The notes below the pieces were generated by a model. That model had not been told where the DNA came from and ran no database searches. It saw nothing but the letters and a program-made list of their open reading frames with translations. Shown in pieces: positions 49,932-61,268 of a stretch of DNA of 64,000 bases (the first letter of the stretch is position 1; each line of letters begins with the position of its first letter). A program made the position numbers and the translations under genes. Origin of the DNA: Basidiobolus meristosporus CBS 931.73. Its lineage: Eukaryota; Fungi; Basidiobolomycota. The DNA lies in the NCBI GenBank assembly GCA_002104905.1, contig MCFE01000400.1, positions 17,340 through 81,339 of the forward strand. The letters are read 5' to 3'.

Positions 49932-51832
49932 TGCTGTAAGTAATATGACATACTGAGAGTAATGTTGTGGGATTATAAAGTCGTTATCCGCAGCTATTTT
50001 GCCGAACCGAGTTGCAGGAAATTCATCGAGATAAGCTGCCCAATTTGGAACAACAGATGAATTTGTAAGTTCTTCGTCCTTGCAAAGAGCTCAGATTCCT
50101 CATTTGATCAATCGAAGTAATCCTGGAAGCCACCTGGGTGGAGCCACCGTAAGATGGAAAATCCTAGTGTAGTGAGTCCGTTCCCTGATTCTACCGCGAA
50201 TTTAGTCATCTAAACATGTCGTCATCTACCTTCAGACCCGATATCCGTTATCTTTAACGCAAAGGGATCAAAACGTATTCCGCATACAAAGTGTCATTGA
50301 TGCGGATTCTACTATAACAAACTAATATTTTACCCAAGTATTCATAAAATTTTATAATATACAGTCTCAGAAAGCTGCACTTGATTGGGGTTAGCATACT
50401 CGAAGATATCATTTGAATGTTTGAAGTGAGTGCCTTGTTGTATTCACTACATGTTTTGTCATACATTTCGGAATTATCGGCATTCAAGATGCTCGGACTG
50501 TGAATTCGTGAATACAAATAGGCCTACAGTGCTTATTCTAGTACTCGATGTGAAAGTGGAAGGGTATCTCAAAAGTGCTTGAACAAGAACATATTCATCA
50601 GGATCTTTCTGCTATAATCCACCAGTTTGTTACCTTGTGTCTTAGCATGCACTAGACTTAAAAAACCCAGAGATCGAGATTACACTACTCAACGCACGTG
50701 GTACTTGGAAATATCCCCTTATATGGTTAATCACCCAAGATAAACAGATTCTACAAGCTTTAAATGGAAAGTCGTACCTAATTTGGTCGTAGCCAGGGTC
50801 TAATCTTTTCGAACCAAATTTCTGGTGAAGAATGATTCATTGCTCATTGGCTGATTACAGAAACGCAGCCTTCTCAATCACTGATGTACGGTTATTGTAA
50901 CACCCGATTAAGTAGTAACCAGGCTCTCGCTAAAGTAGCATTATATTCAGTCAACTTACCATGTAACTAACAAACTGGCCGGTTTCCTTTGGATTCAAGT
51001 CAATGAATTCTTGAACAATCCCAGATTGGATGGATTAACATATTTCAAACCCATTTCCTCACAAACCTCATCTGTGATATATATTCTGGGCTAAAGCCTA
51101 TCTAGTGATACTGCGGAAACTCACTCCAACTTATTCGGTATTTATTCTTCAACCGGCGGAGCGGGAAATCAAGCATGGCCCGACCACTACTGAACCACTA
51201 CATTGGTCTGTCGCATGTAGTACACAAAAGAAATTCTAAAATTTCCACTTTGGATACGGATCCAATTCAAGTTGGATTTCTGATCGGAGAACAGCAAAAG
51301 GTGTGGCTTAAAGCTGCCTATGTAAACATAACAACATTTGTTTAAGAAGGATCCATTTTGGTGATCTCTTTGATGCAAGACATACTTTTGACGTGCTGTT
51401 GTCACATCATTCATATTCCTCTCCATCATAAATCCCCCACAAATGCACTTGTTAATCTCTCATTTTTTTCTATTTGTAACCTCCTACTCTAACTAACAAA
51501 CAATGTACGACTATTTCCCTATCACCATAAGTATAAGACAAACACTCAACGATAATGCTCATGTTGTGTTTCACTCATTTTCCACCACCTATAAAAGCTC
51601 GATGATGCCCCGAATTTGGCCTAGTGGTAGGGGAATTCGGGTAAATACGACCCCGCTGTGGCTTGCCATTTACAGCTACTGCGCTTCGACGATCAGTGTC
51701 ACAGCCTATGCTGCGGATTGAAATTGATTTTTAATGGAATATTCGGGATAACATGAAAGTTTTCTAAACTCTTGATATAAATAAAACCTTCAGAAAGCCT
51801 CGCTCGGTTCATTTTACCCTGCTTCCAACGAA

Positions 51833-52881
51833 ATGGTTTCTCTCTCGGACATCCACGCCTCAAACGTCCAAATCCCCAAAACTCTCCCAGCTGGCCTCGT
51901 TGCTGTCTTTGTCGGCGGTACAAATGGCATCGGTGAAATCACCATGAAACATTTCGCCAAACTTGCTGTCAAGCCGAAAATATACTTCGTCGGCCGTGCG
52001 CAAGAAGCTGGAACGCGAATCGAAAATGAATTAAAGGAGATTAACCCTGATGGAACGTACGCTTTCATCAAATCTGACACCAGTTTGGTTAAGAATGTGG
52101 ATAGTGTGTGCCAAGAGATTAAAAATAAGGAGAAATCCGTGAACTTGCTCTTCATCACGACGGGGACGTTGAGTTCAGGCCAAGGTATATCATACATTCA
52201 TAATGCTTAAAAACTCGTTTGTAAACATTCTTTTTAGACACATCAGAGGGACTTCACCTCCCCACCTCTTTAGTCCTCTACTCTCGCACCCGCTTCATCG
52301 TGAACTTGCTCCCGCTCCTCAAAGCTGCAACCTCTCTCCGCCGCGTCATTTCTGTCTATGCCGGGACCAAAGAAGGCGCTATTATTGACACCGACTTTCA
52401 ATGCCGCAATGTATCACTTACAAAGATACGCGGTCATACGTCATCACTAATCACCTTATCCCTCGAACAAATTGCTAAGACAGCGCCTGACGTCAGCTTT
52501 ATTCATGTCTTCCCTGGATCTGTTCGATCCGGCATTACTCGGGGCAGCGGCTTGCTGTTAATGATCGCTCGAGCGGTTTTCACTGTCATTGGACGCTTCG
52601 TGTATATGAGTGAAGAAGATTGCGGAGAGAGACAAGTATTTTTCTCCACTAGTGCGCGGTATCCTGCAAAGAATGAAGCAGATACTGGTATTGAATTAGC
52701 AGAAGGTACTAATGGGGAAATGGGTAGTGGAGTTTACTCAGTGGATGAGAACGGAGAGCCTGCTAGCAACGCTGTTGTCAAGATGTTGGCAAAGTTGAGG
52801 GAGAATGGAACGGATCTGAAGTTATGGAATCATATCAATGAAGAGTTTGTGCGAATTACAGGGACAACAGTCATGCAGTAA
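51833..52881 (+). CDS. Short-chain dehydrogenase/reductase, one intron (52185-52237)
   Basis: VAVFVGGTNGIG; the spliced junction gives DTSEGLHLPTSLVLYSRTRFIVNLLPLL; SFIHVFPGSV. Confidence 0.9.
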
Positions 52882-53294
52882 TGTGAAGATCATTAGAATT
52901 TTGGTCGATTTTTTGATTTCGCTAGTACTTTACATTTATACATAAATATTTTGAAGCAATCTCTGAATACATATTTGCATAAAACTTATACATTAACACT
53001 GTTGTACTCTCATGAAGCCTAATTTGCGATGTAAATAGCCTATGTTGAATATCACACCACTCCTATACCAACCCTTTCCACAGTATTCCTCTAATATGGC
53101 TTTCAACATACTCAATTGGCATTGGGTACCCAATGGCTTAATTTTCATACAGAGCAAAAGTCATTGTAGAATGGTGTTTCTTGTAGAGCTATCATTGATC
53201 CTGAACACAAAGAGTACCACAAAATGTACAAGATGCATCAAGAGTAAGCTACCTCATTAATTTAAACACTTAGAGTATAGTCTATAGAACCTTA

Positions 53295-56200
53295 TGTTGT
53301 AAAAATTCGTATTTCCACCTAAATATTCACCTAACTTAGTCACTTATATCATTACCTTCAAATCCTAGAGAATACTGACCAAATTCCTTGTCGGGATTTA
53401 CTTGAAATATTTTCACCAAAATACCAGGTACCCAGAACATGAAAATTCTCAAAGTTGTCCAAACAGCCCCAAACGTTGCACACATGTTCTTGGGACCTTC
53501 CTTAACCTATTCTACATGTTTGTAATGCCACAAACAGGTAAAAGTATAAATACAACTTTTACATTCAATAAATCATTAAGTGAAAACCACATTATCTACT
53601 TGTTCTCCCAATCACTTCCAATATCTCCAAGACTCTTACAACAGGTTATGAGCCCCAAGCTGTCACTCCCTGCAATGTCTACTACAGCTATTACTGGAAT
53701 TTTTCCCTCTGCTGAAAAGTTGGATGGATCTAACTACCAAGTGTGGAAGGTGAAGATGAAGATGCTGCTACAAGAAAGAGGCCTTTGGGATATTGTCATG
53801 GGAGAAGAATGCTCTCCTAAAAACGTGGGAGAGGAAGCCTTAAAGTACCAGAAGAAAGAACAAAGTGCCTTTAACTGCATTTGCCTTAATGTCAAGGACA
53901 AATTGCTAATTCAATGCTCAAGAGCAAAAACGGCAAAGAATGCCTGGAAAACATTGGAAGACACCTACCAGTCATGTTCAGTTGCCAAGAAGATGTATCT
54001 GAGACAAAAATTCTTTACTACAAAGATGCTGCCAGGAGAAAAAAATGAAAAATCTAATTAGCAGAATTACCCTGCTGGTAGATGAGATGGAATCTGTGGG
54101 CATACCAACTGCTGATGAGGATGTGATAGTTACCATCCTGAATAGCCTGACAGACAAGTTTCAGGGCCTTGTATCAGCCCTAGAGTCCAGAACTGAAGAT
54201 TTGACCTTAAATTACGTATATGGAAGGCTCCTGGATGAAGAATTAAGAAAAACAAGCGCCAATAAGAAGGAAGAAGAAAATGCATTAATAAGCAATGATA
54301 ACCAACAAAGGAGGTACCCAAGACCCTACAAAGGCAACAGCAACCTGTTTTGTAACTACTGCAAAAGGAAAGGACACACATCAGACCGGTGTCTCAAAAG
54401 AAAGATAATCAGCAAAAGAAGCCTGAATATGGAAATGCTGCAACAACTGAAGATAGACTATTCATATCTGCACTAAATATGACCACAAACAAGGATTCTC
54501 AGACGTGGTATATTGACTCTGGAGCTTCTCAACACTTTACACACCAAAAAGAACTTTTTACCCAATATCAAGAAATTCCAATTAAGAAGGTTTAATGGGT
54601 GACAATAGAACACTTGATGCAGTGGGAGAAGGAACTATCCAAGTAAACCTAAGAAGCAGTGAAGGAAGCCATACACTGACCTTTAAAGAAGTACTCTATA
54701 TACCAGAAATAGCCAAGAACCTACTCTCTGTAAGCAAGGCCACAGCAGAAGGACTCAGTTTCAGGTTTGACAATTCTGGATGCAGGATCACTGATCAAAA
54801 TGGTGCCCATATTACTTTGGGCATCAGAGATCAGAATCTATACAAGTTGACTTACATTCCATCATATTTGGAGGCCAATATAAGTAACTTAAATGAAGAA
54901 ACACCAATGCTTTGGCACAGGAGATTTGGGCACATCAGTTATGATTATCTGCGCAAAATGATCAAAGATCAGCTAATTTCTGGAGTGAAAATTGATCCCC
55001 CAGCTAATTTGGAGCACTGTGAAGCCTGCATATATGGGAAACAGGCCAGACAACCGTTCAAGAGCTCTGGGTTAATCAAAACTAAGAAAAAACTAGATCT
55101 AATTCACTCAGATCTGTGTGGACCTATGCAAAATTTATCCTTAGGCGGGATGAAGTACTTGGTCACTTTTATTGATGATTATACAAGATACACATGGGTC
55201 TACTTCATGGAGAGAAAGGAAGAAGCTCTGTCTAAGTTCAAGGAGTTTAAGGTTATGGTGGAGAGAGAAACTGGTGAAAAAATCAAGAAAATACACACTG
55301 ACAATGGTGGAGAATATACCTCAAAACTCTTCATCCATTTCTGCAAAAATCATGGGATAAAGCAAGAGACTACTGTACCATACTCCCCACAGCAAGATGG
55401 AGTAGCAGAACAAGCTAACAGATCAATAATTGATATGGCAAGACCTATGATCCATGATCAAAAAGTATCCTATGATTTTTGGGCGGTATCAGTTGCCACT
55501 GCTGTATATCTTAAAAGTAGGAGTTATAACAGAATACTTCGTGATTCTACTCCATTTGAAGCATGGTATGGACACAGACCAAGTGCAGAACATCTAAGAA
55601 TATTTGGGTGTACAGCATATGCCAAAAAACTGGCCGGAAATCAGTCAAAATTTGAGCCAAAAAGTGTAAAATGCATATTTTTGGGCTACTACAATGAGAG
55701 TAAGGCATACAGACTCTACAATACCAAAGCAAAAAAAGCTTATCAAGTCCAGGGATGTGTTGTTTGATGAAAATTCAAAATTTTCACAAAGAATGAAATC
55801 AGATGATGACAAAAATTTGATCTCAAGTCCACCAATTGTCAGGATTGAATCAGAGCAAAACAATGAAAATCTTTTCACTCCAGAGGACTCTACAACCATG
55901 GTTCAGCCAGAATCAGTGCCCAGGAATATCCCAGAAGTGATCATTCCAGTATCCAATGCCTGGAGATCCAATTGGACAAGAAATAATCCAAATTACTATA
56001 TCAATGAGGATACAAACTTAGCCTATGCCTATTCAGTCCATGTTGATGAACCCAGACTGTAAAAGAAGCCCTAAATAGCCCTCAGACAAAGTCTTGGAGA
56101 TCTGCAATGACTGAGAAATATCAGGCACTGATGGAAAATCAAACTTGGGACTTGGTCAAATTACCAATCAACCAAAAATCAATTGGATGCAGATGGGTCT

Positions 56201-57190
56201 TCAAGACAAAATACAAGGCTGATGGTACAATTGAAAGATACAAAGCAAGACTTGTAGCCAAAGGATACTCTCAAACAAAAGGACTTGACTGTACTGAGAC
56301 CTTTGCACCAATAGCCAAGTTTAATTCCATCAGATTAATATTGGCTATTGCAGCCAAATATAAGCTTTTTATTCATCAAATGGATGTAAAAACTGCATTT
56401 TTGAATGGAGAACTTGATGAGGATGTGTATATGGACCAGCCTGATGGGTTTGCTGGCCAAGATAACCCCCATTTGGTCTGCAAGCTTAAAAAGTCACTAT
56501 ATGGTCTCAAACAATAACCAAGAGCCTGGAATTGCAAGATAGATTCTTATTTGGAATCCTTGAGTTTTAAAAGAAGTAATGCTGACTATAGTATATACTA
56601 TAAGCCAGATAGAGCAAATCCAGATCTATTAGCTCTATATGTAGATGATCTTATTATGGCTGCCAATAACCTAGAAACATTGGAAGAGACTAAATCCAGC
56701 CTATCTAAGGAGTTCAAGATGTCCAATCTAGGAGAACTCAGTTACTACTTAGGGATTAAGTTCTCCATAGACAGAAGTACCCAGACTATCACCCTAAGCC
56801 AATCCAAGTATGTTCAAGAGATACTAAAGAAGTACAAAATGGAAGACTCTAAACTGGCAGCTACCCCAATGGAGGCAAACCTTAACTTGGTCAAAACTCA
56901 ACCAAATTTAGAGGGCTTGGTGCCATCTGAAAGTCCTGACTTTCCTAATCAATTTATGGTTGGCAGTCTGATGTATATCATGCTTGGAACATGTCCAGAT
57001 ATCTCATATTTGGTGGGAGTTGTCAGCCAACATAATCAGAACTATGGATCTGATCATATTGCAGCAGTTAAGCGGATTTTTAGATACCTAAAAGGAACTG
57101 CTGATATTTGCTTAAGATACACTTATAAGGACTCAGAACAAGATCTTGTGGGATACTCTGATGCAGATTGGGGACTGTTGTGCATCAACA
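53295..57190 (+). mobile_element. Ty1/Copia retrotransposon, decayed and 3'-truncated (no 3' LTR)
   Basis: 5' LTR 53295-53643; PBS GGTTATGAGCCC; gag (KLDGSNYQVWK, CNYCKRKGHTSDRC); protease WYIDSGAS; GAG-pre-integrase; integrase HSDLCGP; RT KARLVAKG and LYVDDL. It breaks off just after YSDADWG. Many frameshifts and stops. Confidence 0.95.
53644..53655 (+). promoter_or_regulatory. Copia PBS complementary to the anticodon region of initiator tRNA-Met (half-tRNA priming)
   Basis: GGTTATGAGCCC is the complement of GGGCTCATAACC and abuts the LTR. Confidence 0.8.
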
Positions 57191-57665
57191 TTTAAAACTT
57201 AGCCAATTTTACTCCGTTTGAAAATTTAGTACCCTAACTGATTTTCCCTAACCCAAAAATAACAAATCCCAGTTACAGTTTATTGTATCCCACTTCAGAA
57301 TCAATTTTTAGCTATCACACCTGATCTATTTTCAAATGGTCATTACATTATCAACCTATCTGCCAAGCCTTCCCAGGTGATTAGTCATCTGAGATCTATC
57401 CAACCGCTGTGCAGTTGCCAAGACATCAGTTGATTGATGATGAAATTTTCATTTATCTTATGCACCTATGAACACCCAAATTGATTTCAATCAATCCAGT
57501 CCCTTGGCGCTTACTAATTCAACTTGATCAGAAAAGTATAAATAAAGTTTACTGAAACTTTAGGTTCAGTGTGTCTCAACAAAATTAAGATTCTGTCTCC
57601 GCAAAAATAAGAATCCAACAATTCTGTTCTAGTTTCTATCCAAGCCTAGTATATCTAGCATTCCC

Positions 57666-57720
57666 TTAGGGTTAGGGTTAGGGGGAGGGAAAGTCACCAA
57701 GTTGGTGAAATCTTTATTTG
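57666..57720 (-). mobile_element. Internal (TTAGGG)3 tract fused to the 3' tip of the telomeric LINE family, relic 1
   Basis: ttaggg x3, then ggagggaaag tcaccaagttggtga aatc tttatt. Confidence 0.85.
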
Positions 57721-57781
57721 AGTTAAGAACTAATCTAGGTACAAATAAAGAAGCCAATTAAGAGGTCTAGAACCTCTCTAA

Positions 57782-57875
57782 TAAGGGTAGGGTTAGGGTT
57801 TAGGGTTAGGGGGAGGAAAGTCACCAAGTGGTGAAATCTTTATTTACTTATGACAAGTATCTAAAGAAGCCAAGT
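57782..57875 (-). mobile_element. Internal degenerate telomere tract fused to a LINE 3' tip, relic 2
   Basis: taaggg taggg ttaggg tttaggg ttaggg, then ggaggaaag tcaccaagtggtga aatc tttatt...aaagaagcca. Confidence 0.85.
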
Positions 57876-58589
57876 TAATCTGAAGTTATTCCTAGAAAGC
57901 TAGGTCTGAGAGATATCTTCCTGGTAAGCCAGGTCTGAGAGTTGAGAAGTTGAGTGGTACTATAATTCCTAGTTAGCTAGGTCTGAGAGAGGTTTCCTGG
58001 AAAGCCAGGCCTGAGAAGTGGGTTAGGGTGTAGGTGTTATAGTAAGGGCTAGGAAAAGGTTAGAAGAGCAGGGGGTCTGGGGGACGCAGTCCCCTAGAGA
58101 ATAAAAAAGCAGGGGGTTTGGGGGATGCAATCCCCCATACTGCTCCCATACACTTTAAATTCCCATTGGATTACTTTTCTCTCATTCTTGGTTCTGGTCC
58201 CTTAGGGTTAGAATTCCTCCTCCTAACCCTTATCACCCTAACCATATATATTTTTACCCTACAATTGGCACATTGTCTGCTCATATGGTGGGCATGTCTG
58301 GGCCAATATTTGTCTCCCTATACTGTCCATATGCTCTGTATAAGTCTTGATGACTATTTAATTAATAAATTGTTATTTTTAATGTATATCTAATAATTAA
58401 TGGGATTCATCCCAATCTGACCACAATCCCATATTTTGATAAGCTTTGGGCACCATAAATTGCGCGGCCCTAATATGATAAAAAAAATCATGGCCAATAC
58501 AAATTTTCTGTAACCCGATTGCTTTTACCAAATATAAAGTGTATCCCAAAGTTCAATATATATTATGGCTATAATAGAAACTTTATTGG

Positions 58590-59290
58590 ACACCATCGCA
58601 ACTACTACTTATGTTCTATGCGCACATGTATCCCGCGGGAATTGTAAAACTTAGCCACGTGGTACAAAAGTGCTTTTATTTTTCATCATGATAGTTTTAC
58701 ATGAGTTCCTAACGCACTTTGAAAGTACGCAGTAACCATACCCCAACAGGTTTTAAGGATGTCCACTAGCTACGTCTACTTGTGTCTAGCGGGAGCCATC
58801 AATCATCAGCCGCGCAATACTGAAGTGCTTTTATTTTTCATCATGCTAGTTTTGTATGAATCCCTAATGCACTTTCATAGTGCGCGGTAACCATACCCCA
58901 ACAGATTTTAAGGATACCCACTTGCTACATTTACTTGTGTCTAGCGGGAGTCATCAATCATCAGCCGCGCGGTAATAAAGTGCTTTTATTTTTCATCATG
59001 ATAGTTTTACATGAGTCCTTAACGCACTTTCATAGTGCGTGGTAACCATACCCCAACAGGTTTTAAGGATACCCACTTGCTATGTTTACTTGTGTCTAGC
59101 GGGAGTTATCAATCATCAGCCGCGTGGTAATAAAGTGCTTTTATTTTTCATCATGATAGTTTTACATGAGTCCCTAACGCACTTTTATAGTGCGCGGTAA
59201 CCATACCCCCAGAAAGTAGTGTGGATGCTTACTTTAAACGCTCACTTGTGTATTGTACGGACTATCAACAAACAGCCACGTGGGAATGGA
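58590..59290. repeat. 155-bp subtelomeric satellite, about 3.5 good units plus degenerate flanks
   Basis: tgcttttatttttcatcatg starts at 58671, 58826, 58981 and 59136. Confidence 0.92.
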
Positions 59291-60362
59291 ACATCATAGA
59301 AAAGCATTGCTTTGTTGTTAGCAAGTATTGATGCGCAAATAGTGGTACTATGTGAATTATTGAGTAACTATTTACTCTAGTTGGTTCCAAGATATTCCTA
59401 GACAATATGCTCAAAATCAATATTAGCATCAATAGCTTGCTCTTTGATCACTAAACCACCGCACCCAATATGCGGTGGCCTTGGTTTTGTCTAGCCGTCA
59501 AGGAATGAAACCAGAGTACAGTCACAAGAGAGGCAAAAGTGAAATGTGATGAAGTAAGTGTATATGAAAGTAATATAAATCTACAGGACAGAAGAGAACA
59601 ACTAGTAGTTAAACAGCACTCACTGACACTCCACCAAGTAGAGCACCAACACGGACAATAAACAAGTCATGAGGGGAAAGCTTAAGGACCGCTACTTGGG
59701 GATCAAGACCAAAAGAGGAAGCTGCCTCTACCATAGCAGTCCTCGCGCTCCAAAGGAAGACCAAGAGTCTATTATAGACAAAGATTGCGGCGAGAAGAGC
59801 AGTACAATTACCAGTTCTGGTAGTGGTACCTTTGGAAGTCCCGAATACCTGGAGAAAACTCGGAAAAAATTGGCAGATGACTCAGTTGTCCTGAGGAGAA
59901 AATGAACCAATGCGATTGAGCAGTTCCAAAACGAACTTCAGCTTAGTTCTTCTTTGCCTCACTATAAAGTACTCCAAGTGGCTTATTTTGATTATAAGCG
60001 TATGAAGGAGAATCAGGCAGAGACTGATAAATTAAGTGATAGTCAATTGCATCACTTCTTAGATCAGGTAGAGAAACAGTTGCACAGCCAAGAGACGGAA
60101 CAAGAATTGACGATTACAGAAACCAAATAATTTTGCCAATGTAGTTTTGCATTTTAATAAAATAAAAGGGTGTTAATAAGAACAGAATAAAGTTAACTTA
60201 TGCGTACATCAAATGATTCAAATACTGACTAGATGGATGTTACGTAGGAGCAAGAAGCTCAGTAACCTCAAAGGAAAGATACGATGAATGGGCCACCGAC
60301 ATCATCCGAATGAGTATAAAAGTGGAGAAAGGAGACATAATCCTTCATAAAAAACAAGAAGC

Positions 60363-61148
60363 ATGGAAGCAGGCAGTAGCCGGGTAGATGCCAGGAGTGA
60401 AGGTAGAGTACAAAGAGAGCGAGGAAGGGGACAAGGACGCGGAAGAGGACGCGGAACCGGGCGCGGAAGAGGAAGAGGGCAAGGAAGTGGCCAAATCCAA
60501 GAGGAGCGTGAAGGAGGTGTTGCAGCAAACGTGGATGATGCTGAGCAAGTTGCTGTAGTCACTACCAGGCGGCCGGTCAACCAAGTTTCCCAAGCATTGT
60601 CAGAGGTTCGACAAGAGCTTCCGGAATATAGGACAACATCGCACCATGAGATATTGCGACGTATGTGCCAGGAGATTAAACAGAGGAGGGGTGATATTGT
60701 AAAGCTAAATCGGGATATTGCTGGACTTCAAGCCCAGATTGATTTCAGTTTCCACCATTCTACTGAGGCATTAGTGGCACAAATGGTGGAAAAGTTTGCC
60801 CGCATCAGGGCAAGCGATGAGCAGGATGCATCTTCCAACCCAGGTGTACTTGCGAGCAACAGTATCGGAGGGGATACTACTTCCTCCCTCGAACCTACCA
60901 CAAGCCAAGAGACAAGAGCAGAATCCTCCACAACAATGAGAATGGCCCCCACACAGGTTGATATGGAAGTGTGCAAAGAAGACGTGGAGAAGCAGAGTGG
61001 GGATACTATAGGCCAACCAGAAACTGTAATGGAGGCGGAGAGACCAAGTCATATTGTCATCTTAAAAATACCACAGGTTGATTCATCGCTATCACTTCCC
61101 CCATCATCACTATCTGTGCCCCCATCACCACCGCCATCCTCTGGCTAA
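60363..61148 (+). CDS. Hypothetical protein with RG-repeat N-terminus, coiled coil and low-complexity tail
   Basis: 261-aa ORF with GRGRG repeats and a heptad segment; not CpG-depleted. It may be the tail of a broken gene beginning near 59669. Confidence 0.4.
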   Translation: MEAGSSRVDARSEGRVQRERGRGQGRGRGRGTGRGRGRGQGSGQIQEEREGGVAANVDDAEQVAVVTTRRPVNQVSQALSEVRQELPEYRTTSHHEILRRMCQEIKQRRGDIVKLNRDIAGLQAQIDFSFHHSTEALVAQMVEKFARIRASDEQDASSNPGVLASNSIGGDTTSSLEPTTSQETRAESSTTMRMAPTQVDMEVCKEDVEKQSGDTIGQPETVMEAERPSHIVILKIPQVDSSLSLPPSSLSVPPSPPPSSG

Positions 61149-61250
61149 CTTGAGTAAATAAAGAATTTCCACCATCCCAAATCAATGAATTGACAAGTAA
61201 TAAGTTGAACTGATAAGATTGACGATTTACAGACTAATATATGTAAGGGG

Positions 61251-61268
61251 TTAGGGTTAGGGTTAGGG
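61251..61268 (+). repeat. Internal (TTAGGG)3 tract at the LINE 3' junction
   Basis: Directly visible, preceded by taaggg. Confidence 0.95.

Noticed and set aside
57400-57475. LIDDEIFIYLM resembling a Ulp1 protease motif
   Set aside because: Too short, bounded by stops, and no catalytic H/D/C motifs found.
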